DNA of 64,000 nt from Patellaria atrata CBS 101060 (taxonomy: Eukaryota), in the NCBI GenBank assembly GCA_010093705.1, contig MU006101.1, forward strand, positions 605,673-669,672. The letters run 5' to 3'. Shown piece by piece: positions 13,666 through 25,875 of the stretch. A model generated the notes under the pieces. It did no database searches. It was not told the DNA's origin and saw only the letters and a list, made by a program, of their open reading frames with translations. A program made the translations under genes and the position numbers. The stretch's first letter is position 1. Every line of letters starts with the position of its first letter.

Positions 13666-16520
13666 CTAAAGTTCATCCCTCACCCTCTTAGTCCCTTCTA
13701 AATTCGGCATCCTCATAATCTTCACTACCAAGCTCGTCCACCCTGTGAAATGCTGCGTCCGCTGACCCGCCCCTGTATCAGGATTATACTGCTCCCACGC
13801 GAATCCCGTCTCCTTCCAACTCTCAAACACCGTCTTGACCAGGTTAATCCTCAACTCCTGATACATCGTCATAGCCCGTCCCTTGTAGGGGTTACCCGTG
13901 CCTGAAGGCGCTTGAGCGATCTCAAGCAAACGGAGCACGATGAGGTAATTTATGTTGATCCAAACGGGGCCGCGCCAGTAGTTCTCGTCCGTGCCGTAGA
14001 GCGGGTCACGTAGGGAGAGTGAACGGATGCCGTGAGTGGACCAGAGTTCTTCGGGGTTGGCGATGAGGTCGAGCACTGCTTTCAATTTCTTCGAGTCGTT
14101 GTCTAGAAGGCCTGTGATAAAGGGGAAGAGGGAGATGTAGCCTTTGTGACATACATGTACGCTTTCTTCGTAATCATCGATGGTAGCATCACAATATGCT
14201 TGTTCCTTTTCACTCCAGTGTAGGTCGTCAATATTACGCTTGATTGCCTCGAGGTTCTTTGCAAATTCAGCGGCATCTTCATCCTCACCTATGGTAGTGG
14301 CAATGTCACGGAGAGATGAGGTCATCATGCCCATCCAGCTAATCAGGTCGACATGGAGCTCTCCTGGATGTGGAGGTTGCGCGCGGGGATAGTCATCGAG
14401 ACCAGATGTAAGAATGTGCCGTGGGGTACGTCCGCGCCATCGATACGCTTCCTTGGTTGAAAAGGCTTCACGGTCGTAGGCCTTAATCTCACCACGCTGT
14501 GTCTTCTTAAACCAAGCGTATTGGCGCTTAAGCAAGGGATATAACTCTTTTAGGTAGTTCAATCCCACCGCACCGTTTATAAGTCGGCCACTGTACTGAA
14601 CCCCTGGTATGACCTCCTGGTCGGTTGGAGTCGAAGCCTCTTGTCTAAGCTTTTCAATGAACGTAGTTAAGACCATAAAAAGCGTTGGCGGGTTGGCGTA
14701 ATGAGGATACTGGACTTGGAACTCAGGGGGCACTTTACTACGAGCTTCGGCGCCGAGTATTTGTTCACGAGCAATCCAGCCCTCATCATCCATAAGGTTA
14801 AACCAAGATTTGATAATGTCCAGCCTGGATTCTTAGCACAATGAAACAAATAGCTGCGATGGAAACGTACGTCAGATCGACATCCCAGTCGATAATGGGT
14901 AGAAGATGAAAGCCCTCATCCCACAAAAATCCTCTTGGAAAAAATGGTCTTGACGGGATACTCGTAAAAAGTTCCGATGGCCCTTCAAGCTGCTCAGCAT
15001 GTCGATTTCGAGCTTCTTCGGCGTCTTCCCAGAATCCTTCGTTCTCTTCTTCATACTCTTCGGCATAGGAGCGATCGACTCTAGCATCGCCGTGGAAATA
15101 ACCGATACCTCCTAGAAGGTTTGAGAAGAGCGACTTGGAGAATTCGAGATATCGATCATAGTTAAACGGTGCTACAGGCTTAAATACCCGGGAGAAACGA
15201 TCAGAGAAGGACTCTGTCATAATGTTAACGCGGTGTGTTACATCTTTAGCTAGTAGAACTATAAGTTTTCCGTGATGGATGCTGATGGTATTCACTTACA
15301 AGTAATAACTGGCTTTATAGTCGCCGAGTTCGAAGAGTAAAGAACGTCAAACTTAGGCCGTTAGCTCGTTGATGATAGGGAAGAGAGGTGCGAAAGTACT
15401 TCAAACTCTCCTTGAAATGTTTTTTGTACCATATGCACATTGCCCTGGGCGATATGATGGTCCATAGTGTATATCTGCTCGGGAGGAGGGGGGTTCTCTT
15501 TCCCGTATTTTGCCAAGTATGCATCAATAACCGTCTTTATATGGGCAAAAAGTAGTGCTTCACTCAAGTTCAGGAGTTAGTCTCTTTCATCAAATAGCCT
15601 TGCTCCATTCTCATGCCGTCCGCTCCCTGACAATGTGGGAAGGATCGAAGTGGTAATGGACTCACGTTTCGTTTGCCATAATCCTTCGTCTGGAATGGAG
15701 AAGCTATGCACAATAGCTCTATCTAGTGGCTTATCTGCGTAGCTTTGGTGCTGATGAAGTGGGTGTTCCCCCTTTCCCTTCGTCAACACGATATCAAACT
15801 CTCCTAGGCCCGCAACATCGCCCTCAATTTTCACGTCACCCTCAAACCCTAAATCATCATTATCGCCTTGCTCTTTGATCTCGATGGTACCCAGGCCTTC
15901 GCGCGCAACATAAAACACAAGCGTAGTTCTCAAATCGGAGGGGAAGTCCTCGCGAGGTTTGCCCTTAATACGTACGCCCCAGCTACCACCGTGTTCACCG
16001 CCAGGAAATTTGACAAAGGAGGTGGTAAGATCGAGACCATTTCCCGCATCGTGGATCGTTTGGTGGCCTCCAGTTCGGGCGTCATAGCTGTCCCAGCCGT
16101 AACCGGCCATATTTTCGTTCTGTTCGCATGTGTGGCGGAAGTCTACAGGGTTTATCAGCGACCGAATCCCATAAAAGCTCCATGACAACTTTGAGCCCAA
16201 ATTGCCTCTGAATTGAGAAACTGCTTGCGGCTTGAACTAGTAGTAGAGGAATACCCACTATGCTGCACCGTCTGATAGTCTTCAACACGAGACCACATCA
16301 ATCCCAGCAGTAAGCTCTTCGGTATCCGGGGTCTGAGGCCAAAGTATAGATTTGGTCTGTAGGGACCCCATAGTAAGCTTTGATTTGACGCCTTTTCAAA
16401 ACTTTCAATTGATTCGGTTTCGTCTGTAATTGCTCCAGATCTTGCTATGGTAGGGTTGAAGAGAGACAATAAGACGAGTGATACGGTAAGTGACGCTATA
16501 TGTATTTCCAGTGCTTTCAT
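13666..16520 (-). CDS. CWH41: Mannosyl-oligosaccharide glucosidase (glucosidase I, GH63), multi-exon
   Basis: Signal/anchor MKALEIH..., SLLWGPYRPNLYFG, RHTCEQ, PSRPFFPRGFLWDEGFH, GWIAREQILG, SGLDDYPR, NYWRGPVWININY, HFTGWTSLV, C-terminal RDEL. Confidence 0.95.
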
Positions 16521-17207
16521 TTTGTACGATTTATGTCTGAGGATGCAAGGGGAAAAAGCTCCAATTTGGAGGGTAGAGCTCCTTGTCCCAATGTTTGTGA
16601 TTCTGGAGCTTTGGTGGGGAAGCTCAAAGAACACGTTTTCCCGACAACCGACGCGGTCCGCAAGTCATTCTTCAGCAAACAATTAGATATCAGGTTCGTA
16701 TAAGGGTATGAGGCGATAATGTCAATTTTCTGATAGTATTGAATTGAATTGAATAGACATCACTTCAACTCGAGATCAGATGGCTCGCATGCTTATAATG
16801 TTCGAACAAGTGTATTCATAGAGGAAGTGATCTCTGAATAATACAAGTACCTAGAGATTCTCTAGGCTGAGGCTCTTTCGTCTCATCGTCTGTGAATACT
16901 ATACAAGAATGCTGTCCTGAGAACCTCTCTCAGCCGCCAGGGGGTTTTATTTGACCCTAGAGAAATCCCTCGTATATCTTAACTTTTCTACCAACTGTCT
17001 GTTATAAAGATTATAGCATGTGATATGCTTCTTGGGTACGTCCGATATTAGTTAAAAGCCCCTTGTTAAAGCTCGAGCTAAACAGATATCATAAGAAAAC
17101 TATGACAGAGCTATAATAGGTGCAAAGAGAAATACCAGATAGTGGATGAATTAGTGCATGTTGAAAGAGCAGCCTCATCAAATAAAGTCCCAAAATCAAC
17201 ACGTGCT

Positions 17208-18019
17208 TCACCGACTGCAAAAACATTAGCAAAACTTCTTATGCTTCACTTTCTATCGATTAATACTTACGAAGGACTAAGGGGGCGATTGAAACCTCCA
17301 ACGCGGTTCATGTACTGCCTGTACTCGGTCTTCTTCTCCTTTCTCACAGCGTAGTTTCGATCATTCCCTGGGACCTTAGTATTTTTGGTTGTTTTGAAGG
17401 TGGCAAATCCCATCATCTTCTTCATCCGTGTTTCCAGATCATCTTCGTCATCCGCTTCGCCGTCATCCTCCATCCTGGTGTCTCCGTTCATTGTGGCTAC
17501 TTTAGCCGGGGGTCGACTGCTGGGTTGCGAAGGAGCAACAATGGACTTTTGATGTGACAAAGCTCCATTCCGACGATCGCGTGGAAGTACTGTTGCCCGT
17601 GGACCTCGTGCTGGTGAACGAGCCCGAACATCTCGCCCATTCTCCCGTGCGGGAGATCTCGACCTGGATCTAGTACGCCTATCATCTGGATCGCCATTAG
17701 ATTTATTCTCCAGAGATCTGACTCTCCAAAAATTCATCCACTTACCGCGTCGTCCTTTATGCCTCTCCCGACTACCGCTCCGATCTCTCCTTCTGTCCCT
17801 ACTCCTATCTTTATCCTTTCCTTCCCGCCAATCGCGCGATCGTGACCTATGTCTCCCCCCATCTCTATTACGGTCTCGATGATGATCTCTATCTCGTCCA
17901 CCTCCTCTCCTATCGCCGCGACCGCTGCCTCGTGGTGGTGAGTCTCGGCGTCTCTCGCTCAGGTCGAATTTTGAAGTGGTGTCAGTATGACGGGCACGTT
18001 TAGATGGCGGCTCCGCCAT
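17208..18019 (-). CDS. SNRNP27: U4/U6.U5 tri-snRNP 27 kDa protein (DUF1777)
   Basis: MAEPPSKRAR start, RS/RD-rich region, C-terminal MMGFATFKTTKNTKVPGN...KTEYRQYMNRVGGFNRPLSPS; terminal intron 17215-17270 gives ...SPSR-TGA. Confidence 0.9.
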
Positions 18020-18653
18020 CTCAGAATATAAAGGTCCAGGGTTTAAGGTATCCACAGGTTGTATACCAGGGCTAAGGGTTCGTACGCCGTATGGGTTAAC
18101 AGTAGTTTTGCACTTGAGGGAGCGGGTTTTGTCCTTGGACAACAGGGAGAAAGAGAGCTTAGTATTTGTTAGAGCTTTGGATGAGATAGCAACACTAGAT
18201 TTCTGCACGACGATAGAGTCCGGAAATATATGCGTTTCGGGGATGTTGCGAAGAACTGATGTCGTGGACGACTCTTCGCCCGTCCTGAACTTCAAGTGCT
18301 CCATGATTCGCTCTGTCCATAAGCGTGTAGTCTTGGCGTAATTCCGCCCCGCCCTGTGAACTCCGCTACGGAAAATCTTGGTTAAGTGTAATTTTTCGAA
18401 AAATCTACGCAGCTAGAAATTATATCGCTGTAAGGATCAGATGTAGTGTACTAGGTGGTGAAGGAAGTTGTGTGGAGAGAAAAAGAAAGGTCAGTCATGA
18501 GGGCGATTTCAAGGCACAAACGACGTGGAATGCTGTGAATGGCAAGCAAGACATTGTTCTTAGTTTGTCTTAGCTATTTTTTCGTTGCATTACCAGGAGT
18601 AGCTACTGATATCCGTCTAGAGAGTGAAGATCCTCTATGAGAAACCATATCTC

Positions 18654-19763
18654 TCAGATTTCATCCTCCTCCTCATCGAAATCATCCTCTACACCCATAT
18701 CATACAGGATTCTACCCCCCTCTCCACCTTCACCTTTCTGAGCATCGAAATAAGGTAGTACAACTCCTTCTCTATCCCTTCTCTGCTTCTCCGTAAGCCC
18801 AAGGTCAAAAGTCGTATCCATCCCGTCCTGCCCACTACTCTCCTTCGTCTCGGACATCCGTGCGTAAAGGGGATGGTCTTCCAGTAAAATTACGCTTTCT
18901 TTAGGCCTAGTGGTGGATGACGCAGACTGTTTTACACTGTGGGGAAGGAAATACCATTCCTGCATTCCGCGCCCTGATTTACGTCGGAACTCTACCTCTA
19001 AAACCATCCCTCGGGAGTCATTGCTTCCTAAGCCAACAATAACACCTTCATTCTCTTCCGATAGACCGAATACTGGTTCAGCAACACTACGGTCTCGAGC
19101 AGCCTTTTCAGCTAGGAGGTGAGAGATAGAATGAACAGTGACAATGGTGGTGGATAGGTATTTGAGTAGAGTCAAAAGGGAAGGTGAATAAGGAGATTGG
19201 GATAAAGACGAAGGGGTATCCGCATGATAGATAGCCAGTAGTGATGTAGCTGGAGAGATGAAGGATGAAAGGTATAGAGGAAGATTAATGGATATATGAG
19301 AGGAAAGGTTTGTCAAGCTGTCAAAGATAATAAAATGCCCTTCAGATATCAGAACATAGTCTTAAATATTAGTATGATGGTCGTACTTGTAGTGTTATTA
19401 GGAGAGAAATGGTCCTGAATGTTCTTTTGCAGGGCTTCCGGATTCAATCTAGAGCCTTGAATGAAAACCTCAACTCCTAGAGGTTTCCGTAGAGTTTCGA
19501 ACGAAACAAAAATGACACGCAGTTTTGAAACCTAGTATCCCATCAGTGTAAGTTCTATCTTCGGGATGGTTCATTCAACAATCGCTTTTGGGGAGACTCC
19601 GCACCACTGCCCGTTTAATATACTCCCTTACGAGCGGCTTTCCCGACTGCTCCAAATTATCCACAATAAGTGTAAACGGCGATGCGTTTTCTTTGTTATT
19701 CAATAATTTAGAGATAAGGAGCAAATGATGGGTGCGGCGGTGCCGTAATGATCCTGTATTCAT
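18654..19763 (-). CDS. ELP5: Elongator complex subunit 5 (Iki1), 3 exons
   Basis: HRRTHHLLLISKLL...SPFTLIVDNLEQSGKPLVREY; FVSFET; EFRRKSGR; TFDLGLTEKQRRDREGVVLPYFDAQ...GGRILYD...DDFDEEED. Confidence 0.9.
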
Positions 19764-19922
19764 CCTGAAAGATTGAGGTTCTGGTTTTGAGAAAGAGTTC
19801 GCGCTAAGCGAGACTTATACTTATGGGCAAGGGGAGCTGTTGTTTTGGCACCCTCTTTATTACAACACGTTCTTTCTACTTGCAGCTTATAAACAAATAA
19901 ACCGTAACTTTTTTCTATATTC

Positions 19923-20090
19923 CAGAGACCCGTGGCCTAGTGGTGGGAAACCCAACCACACTGATCAGGCCCAAACCAACCAGTCCAGAGGTCGAACCTT
20001 AGAGGAGGGGATAATGCCCTCAAGTAGAAGTACCACGCCGCTCGTCCAATGGATAGGAGCGGATGGGAAATGTTTTGTCCTTTTTTTTTT
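19923..20090 (+). ncRNA. Candidate RNA polymerase III-type structured ncRNA (or tRNA-derived SINE), unassigned
   Basis: TATAAA 19888-19893, A box TGGCCTAGTGG 19933-19943, B-box-like GGTCGAACC 19990-19998, T10 at 20081-20090; four GC-rich hairpins inside a closing stem. Confidence 0.55.
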
Positions 20091-21637
20091 CCAGTTCTAG
20101 AGACCGTTTAGAAAGGGGTATTAATATAATGAAGGGGTGTCAAATAACAGCTCCCTATACTTATTGTTTTGACAACCCCTCGGATGTCGTTTTGACTATG
20201 TATTGGTATGATACTATGACCCCTTTAGCGTCTTCATACTTGATTAACTCTGAGCAAATCGAATATACGTCATCTTGCCATTGCAAAGAATGGCAGTAGA
20301 GCCTAGCTTCCATAGAGTATTAAGCTGTTATAGTACATTGAGAGGACTTGGAAGGGACAAATCTAAAAGCCTTCTTGAACCCCACAACTTCCCTCTGAAG
20401 CATCTAATTGAGACCGTGTAGGACACTATTTAATTTATTAGACTTGTTTGATTCCAAGCTCAGCTCCCACTTGCTGCTCATCTACATAGATATTCTTCGT
20501 TTACGTGTAGTCTTTTCATTTGTTAGTATAGGTAACCTTCACTCTGACGTATCTTATACTTCACATCTTGCCTTTTTAACCCATTGCATGGAACTAGACC
20601 TGCAATTCGCTGACTCCTCGCTATTCACACTATGTCTCATATCCCAGTGCTGCTCTTGCGCTGTGATAGCTTGCTTGCCATAACCTGGAACTTGAGAAAC
20701 CCGAAGTATCCGTTCCATGGTAGAGCATCTTGCTCTAATATCTCCGCATGTGAAATGCTCCTCATATCATTAATCTGGCTCTCTGGTGTAGAAGACGGGC
20801 ACGGACGGGAGTGTCACCACCAGAATGATCGTGCGGGAGCTCAAGAGCATCATTCATGGTGTATCGCCCTACCGTGCTCTATATTCTATTTCTGTCTTGT
20901 GTAAGTTGAACAAGTAGGTGTAAGTTTAGCGCCATTGAAAGGAGACCTGAAGTGTGACCTATGCAGGTCCATAGTGCCCTATTATGACCACTCTCTCACT
21001 ATCCAGCTCATAGACTTGAAGGCCAGTAATTCAGCAGGGGCACAGTCCAGCTGAATGCATACTTACTAGTTGTATTATATTGCATATTATCAGAATGCAT
21101 AGCTAATTATGCAGTCCAGTGGGGTAACCCCATTGCGGAGTGGGTTGCGGAGAAGAAACCGGCTGGTATAAGGTATGTTAATGCGCCATTCCATGTCTCC
21201 AGACAGAGCGAAAAGTATATAGAGGGGTCTGTCGAAGTTGTTCCACTGCTAGCTTTCCCGAAGGAATCCTGAGGCTGCGGATTATGATGCATGTTTGTTG
21301 GCTTTATTCGGAATCGGTTTGTCGGCTTGGTATGGATTGTGTGCTCGCAAATAGGCCGAAAAGAAGGAAATTCTGGTTAACCATAAGAAGAGGCTTTAAG
21401 AAGCAATAATTATAAAGTCAAAGAAGTAGAATGTGCTCCTGAGCTTCTATAACGGTGATTCCGAGGGAATAGAGAAAACTACTCGTAGTGCACAGATTTT
21501 CGAAGGGGGTAGCTGGTGATCGCCACACCCTGACATATCTTAGGTCGACTTAATTTTGAAAATACTCTTTTCCCAAAATCGCAACCATCACATCCACCAC
21601 CTTCCGCGCAGAGATCATACAGCCCACAATAACGACC

Positions 21638-23073
21638 ATGCTTCCGTACTCAGCAAGTATGGCAAGAAGAGGCCTGAGCCAAAGAGTGTCCCGGATCCCA
21701 TCCCCGTTCCCTCTCCGGTTGCCCTCAACTGCCGATCTAGTGGAAAGCCGAATGGAAATTAGCAACCTCGCAGAAATCAGAGATCATAATAACATCGGAC
21801 AAAACCATTCACCATCTTTCCCTCCATTCATACCACCACCGCTCCCTGATGGATCTATAGCTTCCCCCCTTCAACTCACTCGCAATCCCCTCAACCACAC
21901 CCCACACCCGTCTATCCTTAGAATGAGATTTTAGACCCGTGGATGATCACTGGGAGGGAGGATGAGGACTTGACGAGCTTTTTCAAGCTTGAAAATGAGG
22001 TTATGAACAAGATCGGAGCGTTGCGCGAGGACTCCGAATCCCCGGCGGCAGCGAGATCCACGAACGCCACGGCCGAGAAGATCAAAGCTTTGGGAAAGAA
22101 AGCTGCCGAAACCTTAGCAGCGGTTCTATCCTCGACTGAGAGATACAAGGAACTACGGAAGGACGCCGAGGACCTATTGGACCAGGCAAGGAACATCAAG
22201 ACGATACGGGGAATCCTAAAGCAACGTGGAGACAGCACAACACTGTTTCGATACATGTTTGTAACATCGGAATGGGAAAAAGTAGACGAAAGCCAGAAAG
22301 CCCTGACGGATAAACTGGATTTCTTGCAGGGAGAAGATGGGCTCGTAGCGGGAATAGAAAGAGCGCGGAACAAGCATAGAACAGAATCAGAGAGGCTCCA
22401 AGAGGAAATACGCCTCCTCCAAGAGAGTCAGTCTGGGAATATCACTGGTGCTGATTGTTATTGAAAGAAAGAGTAAATGGACGGTATGGGGAAATGAGTT
22501 TGTCTCCCAAACTTGCTGAGCTTGTGCTTGTAGCTAACTGTACCTCATACAAAACCCGAAAGTGTACCATCTGATTGTACGGAATATCGATCAGGGAAGG
22601 TCTCGAGCATGGCACCCAAGAGATTGTACTGCATGCCAGTGAAGGAAAACACTGTAAAAAAAAAAAACCACCTCGACGAAGAGCTCACACGTTTGCGACC
22701 GTGTCGAGGATCAGTAGCCTTAGGGTGAAACCAAGACGAGCTCAGTATACAATACCAGGAGTATCCGCAGAAGGAAAGTAAGAGTTGCTCAACGGAGGAG
22801 AAGAGCATAAACAGAGAGGGGATACTTATTCTGGTACTGGTTCGACAGCAAAAAGAACACATGCACGTAATCAAAACTATGGGAAAGGAGACTCGAAGCA
22901 GTAAAGAGAAGGAGGAAGAACTTCCTGGCCTTACAAAAAGGTATCTTACTTCTGAAGGAACTTTGGCCTATCAACACACCCGTTCCTCTGAGGGAGTCAC
23001 CGCCATGATGGACATTGTAAGAGAAAGACTTAAGGGGACCTTGTCAAGGGATTTAATCTCTAAGATGAGTTAG
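21638..23073 (+). pseudogene. Degenerate orphan gene with coiled-coil core
   Basis: 173-aa helical ORF 21943-22464 preceded in frame by a TAG and Pro-rich codons, and followed by broken frames with an intron-like GTATGG...GCTAAC remnant. Confidence 0.35.
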
Positions 23074-23585
23074 ACTTACAACTTCTATTTAGTAGAAGAA
23101 GCTACTATTGAGAATCGGAAAGACTGCTTGTTGGTGCGGCTAGTATCCTACCGTGAAGCCTATGTTATAACAGCAATAACATTGGCTGGCGAGATGGATT
23201 TTAGACGAAATTAGCATTCCATCAGGGAGTCGTGGAGGTGTCATGACTTACCATTGGTCTTTTAATGCTTTTCCCTCCCCAACACATACGACAATACGAT
23301 ACCTTATAGCACTTGACGAGATCAATTTTGAGCCAAAATGACGTTTCCGCTATACGACAAAGAGAAATACATCACCATACAGGCGTATAATGCAAAAAGT
23401 AGTCGCTGGTATTCGGTCTCTTTTTACACAAGAGCTTTTCAAGAATACCCAGGAAATAAACGAGCTGATGAAAGCTTCAATACACCATTCCGGTGTTTAT
23501 CAATTCGCATCTCATCTTAAGACGCCGATGTGGTATCATATAGTCCGAACATGCACCAACTATGCTAGGCCAAGGTCCGATATCT

Positions 23586-24498
23586 TCAAAGAAAACGCCA
23601 CCAAATGAATATAATCATGATGAATGCCAGACCTCCAATAGGGCCATACTAGTAGTATGTTAGTTTCACATTCTTCTTATAGCGTTCTGGTGAGTTATAC
23701 TCACCTGCTTTAGAAGCAATTCCCAATTGATTCTGACAGCTGCTCTCCTATATCTTTTGCTATCTTCCCTCAATCGGCCACTCATTTCTCCCATTCGTTC
23801 TAAGCCCTCTCCGCGATACAATAGATCCTCGATATTTTTAGTCATAACTTTCGTTACATCTTTCAATTCGTCATTGAGCTTGTCCAGGTTTTGCGTAGCT
23901 CGTGTATCCTGGTATGTCTTCTTCGTCCTCTGGATGAAGGTGTCGAATTCGACAAAGGCGAAGGGTCTGCATGTGGGAGAGAGGTATTGACTGGAAGAAT
24001 ACGTTGTTGTGAACTCGGTCGAGAGATCTTGGAGATAAGTGAAGGCCAGTTTCCGCGGGTAAGACCTATCGCAGATACAGAGAAAGACGAGTGTGTCGTT
24101 GATGAGGTAACTAGTCAGCGTCAGCGCAGAGTCAAAATGGGTTTAAGACCTAAATCTGCTTACTGAATCGTATGCTTGCCGCTCTCGATTGTCATTTGAG
24201 GCTCTGAATTGCGGTTGACACGACGCATGAGCTGCTTGACGTGGGTTTTGATCGTCGAAAGCTCCGACTCGGTCTGGAGAAGAGATTACCCTCAGTGGCA
24301 CAAAGGCATCGTATTGTGAAAATAATGGCCGTATAGGCACATGATGGGGACAAAACTCACTCCTTCGTCATCTACAGACGCAGCGAGTATCAAGCCTGGC
24401 GCAAAGCGTGCTGTCAGTAGCTGTAGGATAAATTGTGAGAGTTAGGAGGGGAAGAACAGCATACCGTCGAGACGGGCGATCTGCGTAGAGCGGATCAT
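23586..24498 (-). CDS. SEC22: R-SNARE Sec22 (longin + synaptobrevin + TM), multi-exon
   Basis: MIRSTQIARLDG-LILAASVDDE; SYPRKLAFTYL; RPFAFVEFDTFIQRTKKTYQDTRATQNLDKLNDELKDVTKVMTKNIEDLLYRG; TM ...IIFIWWRFL-TGA. Confidence 0.95.
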
Positions 24499-25875
24499 CT
24501 TGCTCGCGCCTACAAAAGGACATGCGTTACCGCAAGGCCAAAGAATGAGACGAAAGCTCCTAGATCTTTGTTGCTTGTTGACAAGAAGGATGTGTCGTCC
24601 TGGGAAAAGACACGAGCCACCAAAGCTTGCCGACCCAGAGAGTCGGCTCAGGCCCATCATTATTGGTGCTTCAGCCGACGCTTGATCGGACGACCCCTGC
24701 AGGTCAAAACGACGTCGACGACTACGGAGGAGAGAAGAATTGCCAGAGTACAGTACATCTATTTGATCATTACCCATCGAAATGATATACTTCTATTGGA
24801 TGGTCAAATTGAAGCTTATACAGCACTCGGGGGGGCACGATGGGGATGCAACAAGTGCGTGCAGTTAAAAGAACCTTCACTCATTCAACGAGTGTCAAAA
24901 CATTCACTATCCAGCTCTAGCTCCCCCGGGGATATACTTCAGTTTGAGACCTTGACTCTGCTGGTAATCATCCGGGATACCGTTCTCAGAGACATCTATA
25001 CCCATAAGTAGGGTCTACAGAGCCTACCAATCCGTCCCAACCGGGTTCCATCAGCGTATCCAACCGTCACCGTACGAATAGACCAAGTACCCCTATACGG
25101 AAGTCCATAGCATCGATCGCAGAAATTCCCAGTTGAGAATAATCTTTTGGGATTCAGCGTAATTCGAGAGCAAAATTTCATACCGAATCCTCAAAAGCAT
25201 TTTGCTATCTCCAACCTTACCAACCACAGAACGCCTCATATCCACTAGCTAGACACATCCAGAACTATCCCAAGTCCACCGGATGATATTCATACTTTGA
25301 AGCCCGAGTTCAGAAGTTAGTATTGCTCCCTGGTGAGGAATACTGTGACCCGGAATCTCAACACTAAAACCGTCGAGATTCAAGCGGCTAAGTACACCTT
25401 CGAAAGATTGCACTATTGCATGGTTCCTTTTGCCTCACCCAAAGAGATGATGTATGAATAGAATGCTGGAAGCATACACAAAAAGATCCAGTCTTTTTAG
25501 TAACTGTTGTCTCTGTCTGTCTTTAGTATCCCCGGAGCTTGACTAGGCTTCCCTTACTAGCTGAAGCATTACCCTGCTGGAGAGTTCACTACCTTCACAT
25601 AATAGAGAGGTATCGTTCGGCGCATCTAACTGTACGAATAGCGTCTTCTTGTTGCTATCAACGTTGCGTACGTCTTATTGTTGTGGTAATTGCAGAAGGC
25701 ATACTTGTGAACGGTTTATCGAAAGGACCCTACCTATCAGGCAGCTCAGGCAGCTCATTCACTCTATTGTCACTGTACCCAAAAGACGTCATATCCGCCG
25801 ATGACTGCACTCGACGTTCCTGCCCAGCCTCGCGAATCACGCTAGTCGCACCAAAATTTGTTGTTGTTTTACAAA

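Noticed and set aside
18020..18304. N-terminal extension of the SNRNP27 ORF
   Set aside because: Recognisable protein starts at MAEPP (18019); the upstream frame looks like UTR/promoter.
19923..20010. Canonical tRNA gene
   Set aside because: A/B-like boxes are present, but there is no acceptor-stem complement after the T-arm and no clear anticodon arm.
20400..21300. Possible gene remnants in short Cys-containing ORFs
   Set aside because: Could not assemble a consistent frame or recognise a domain.
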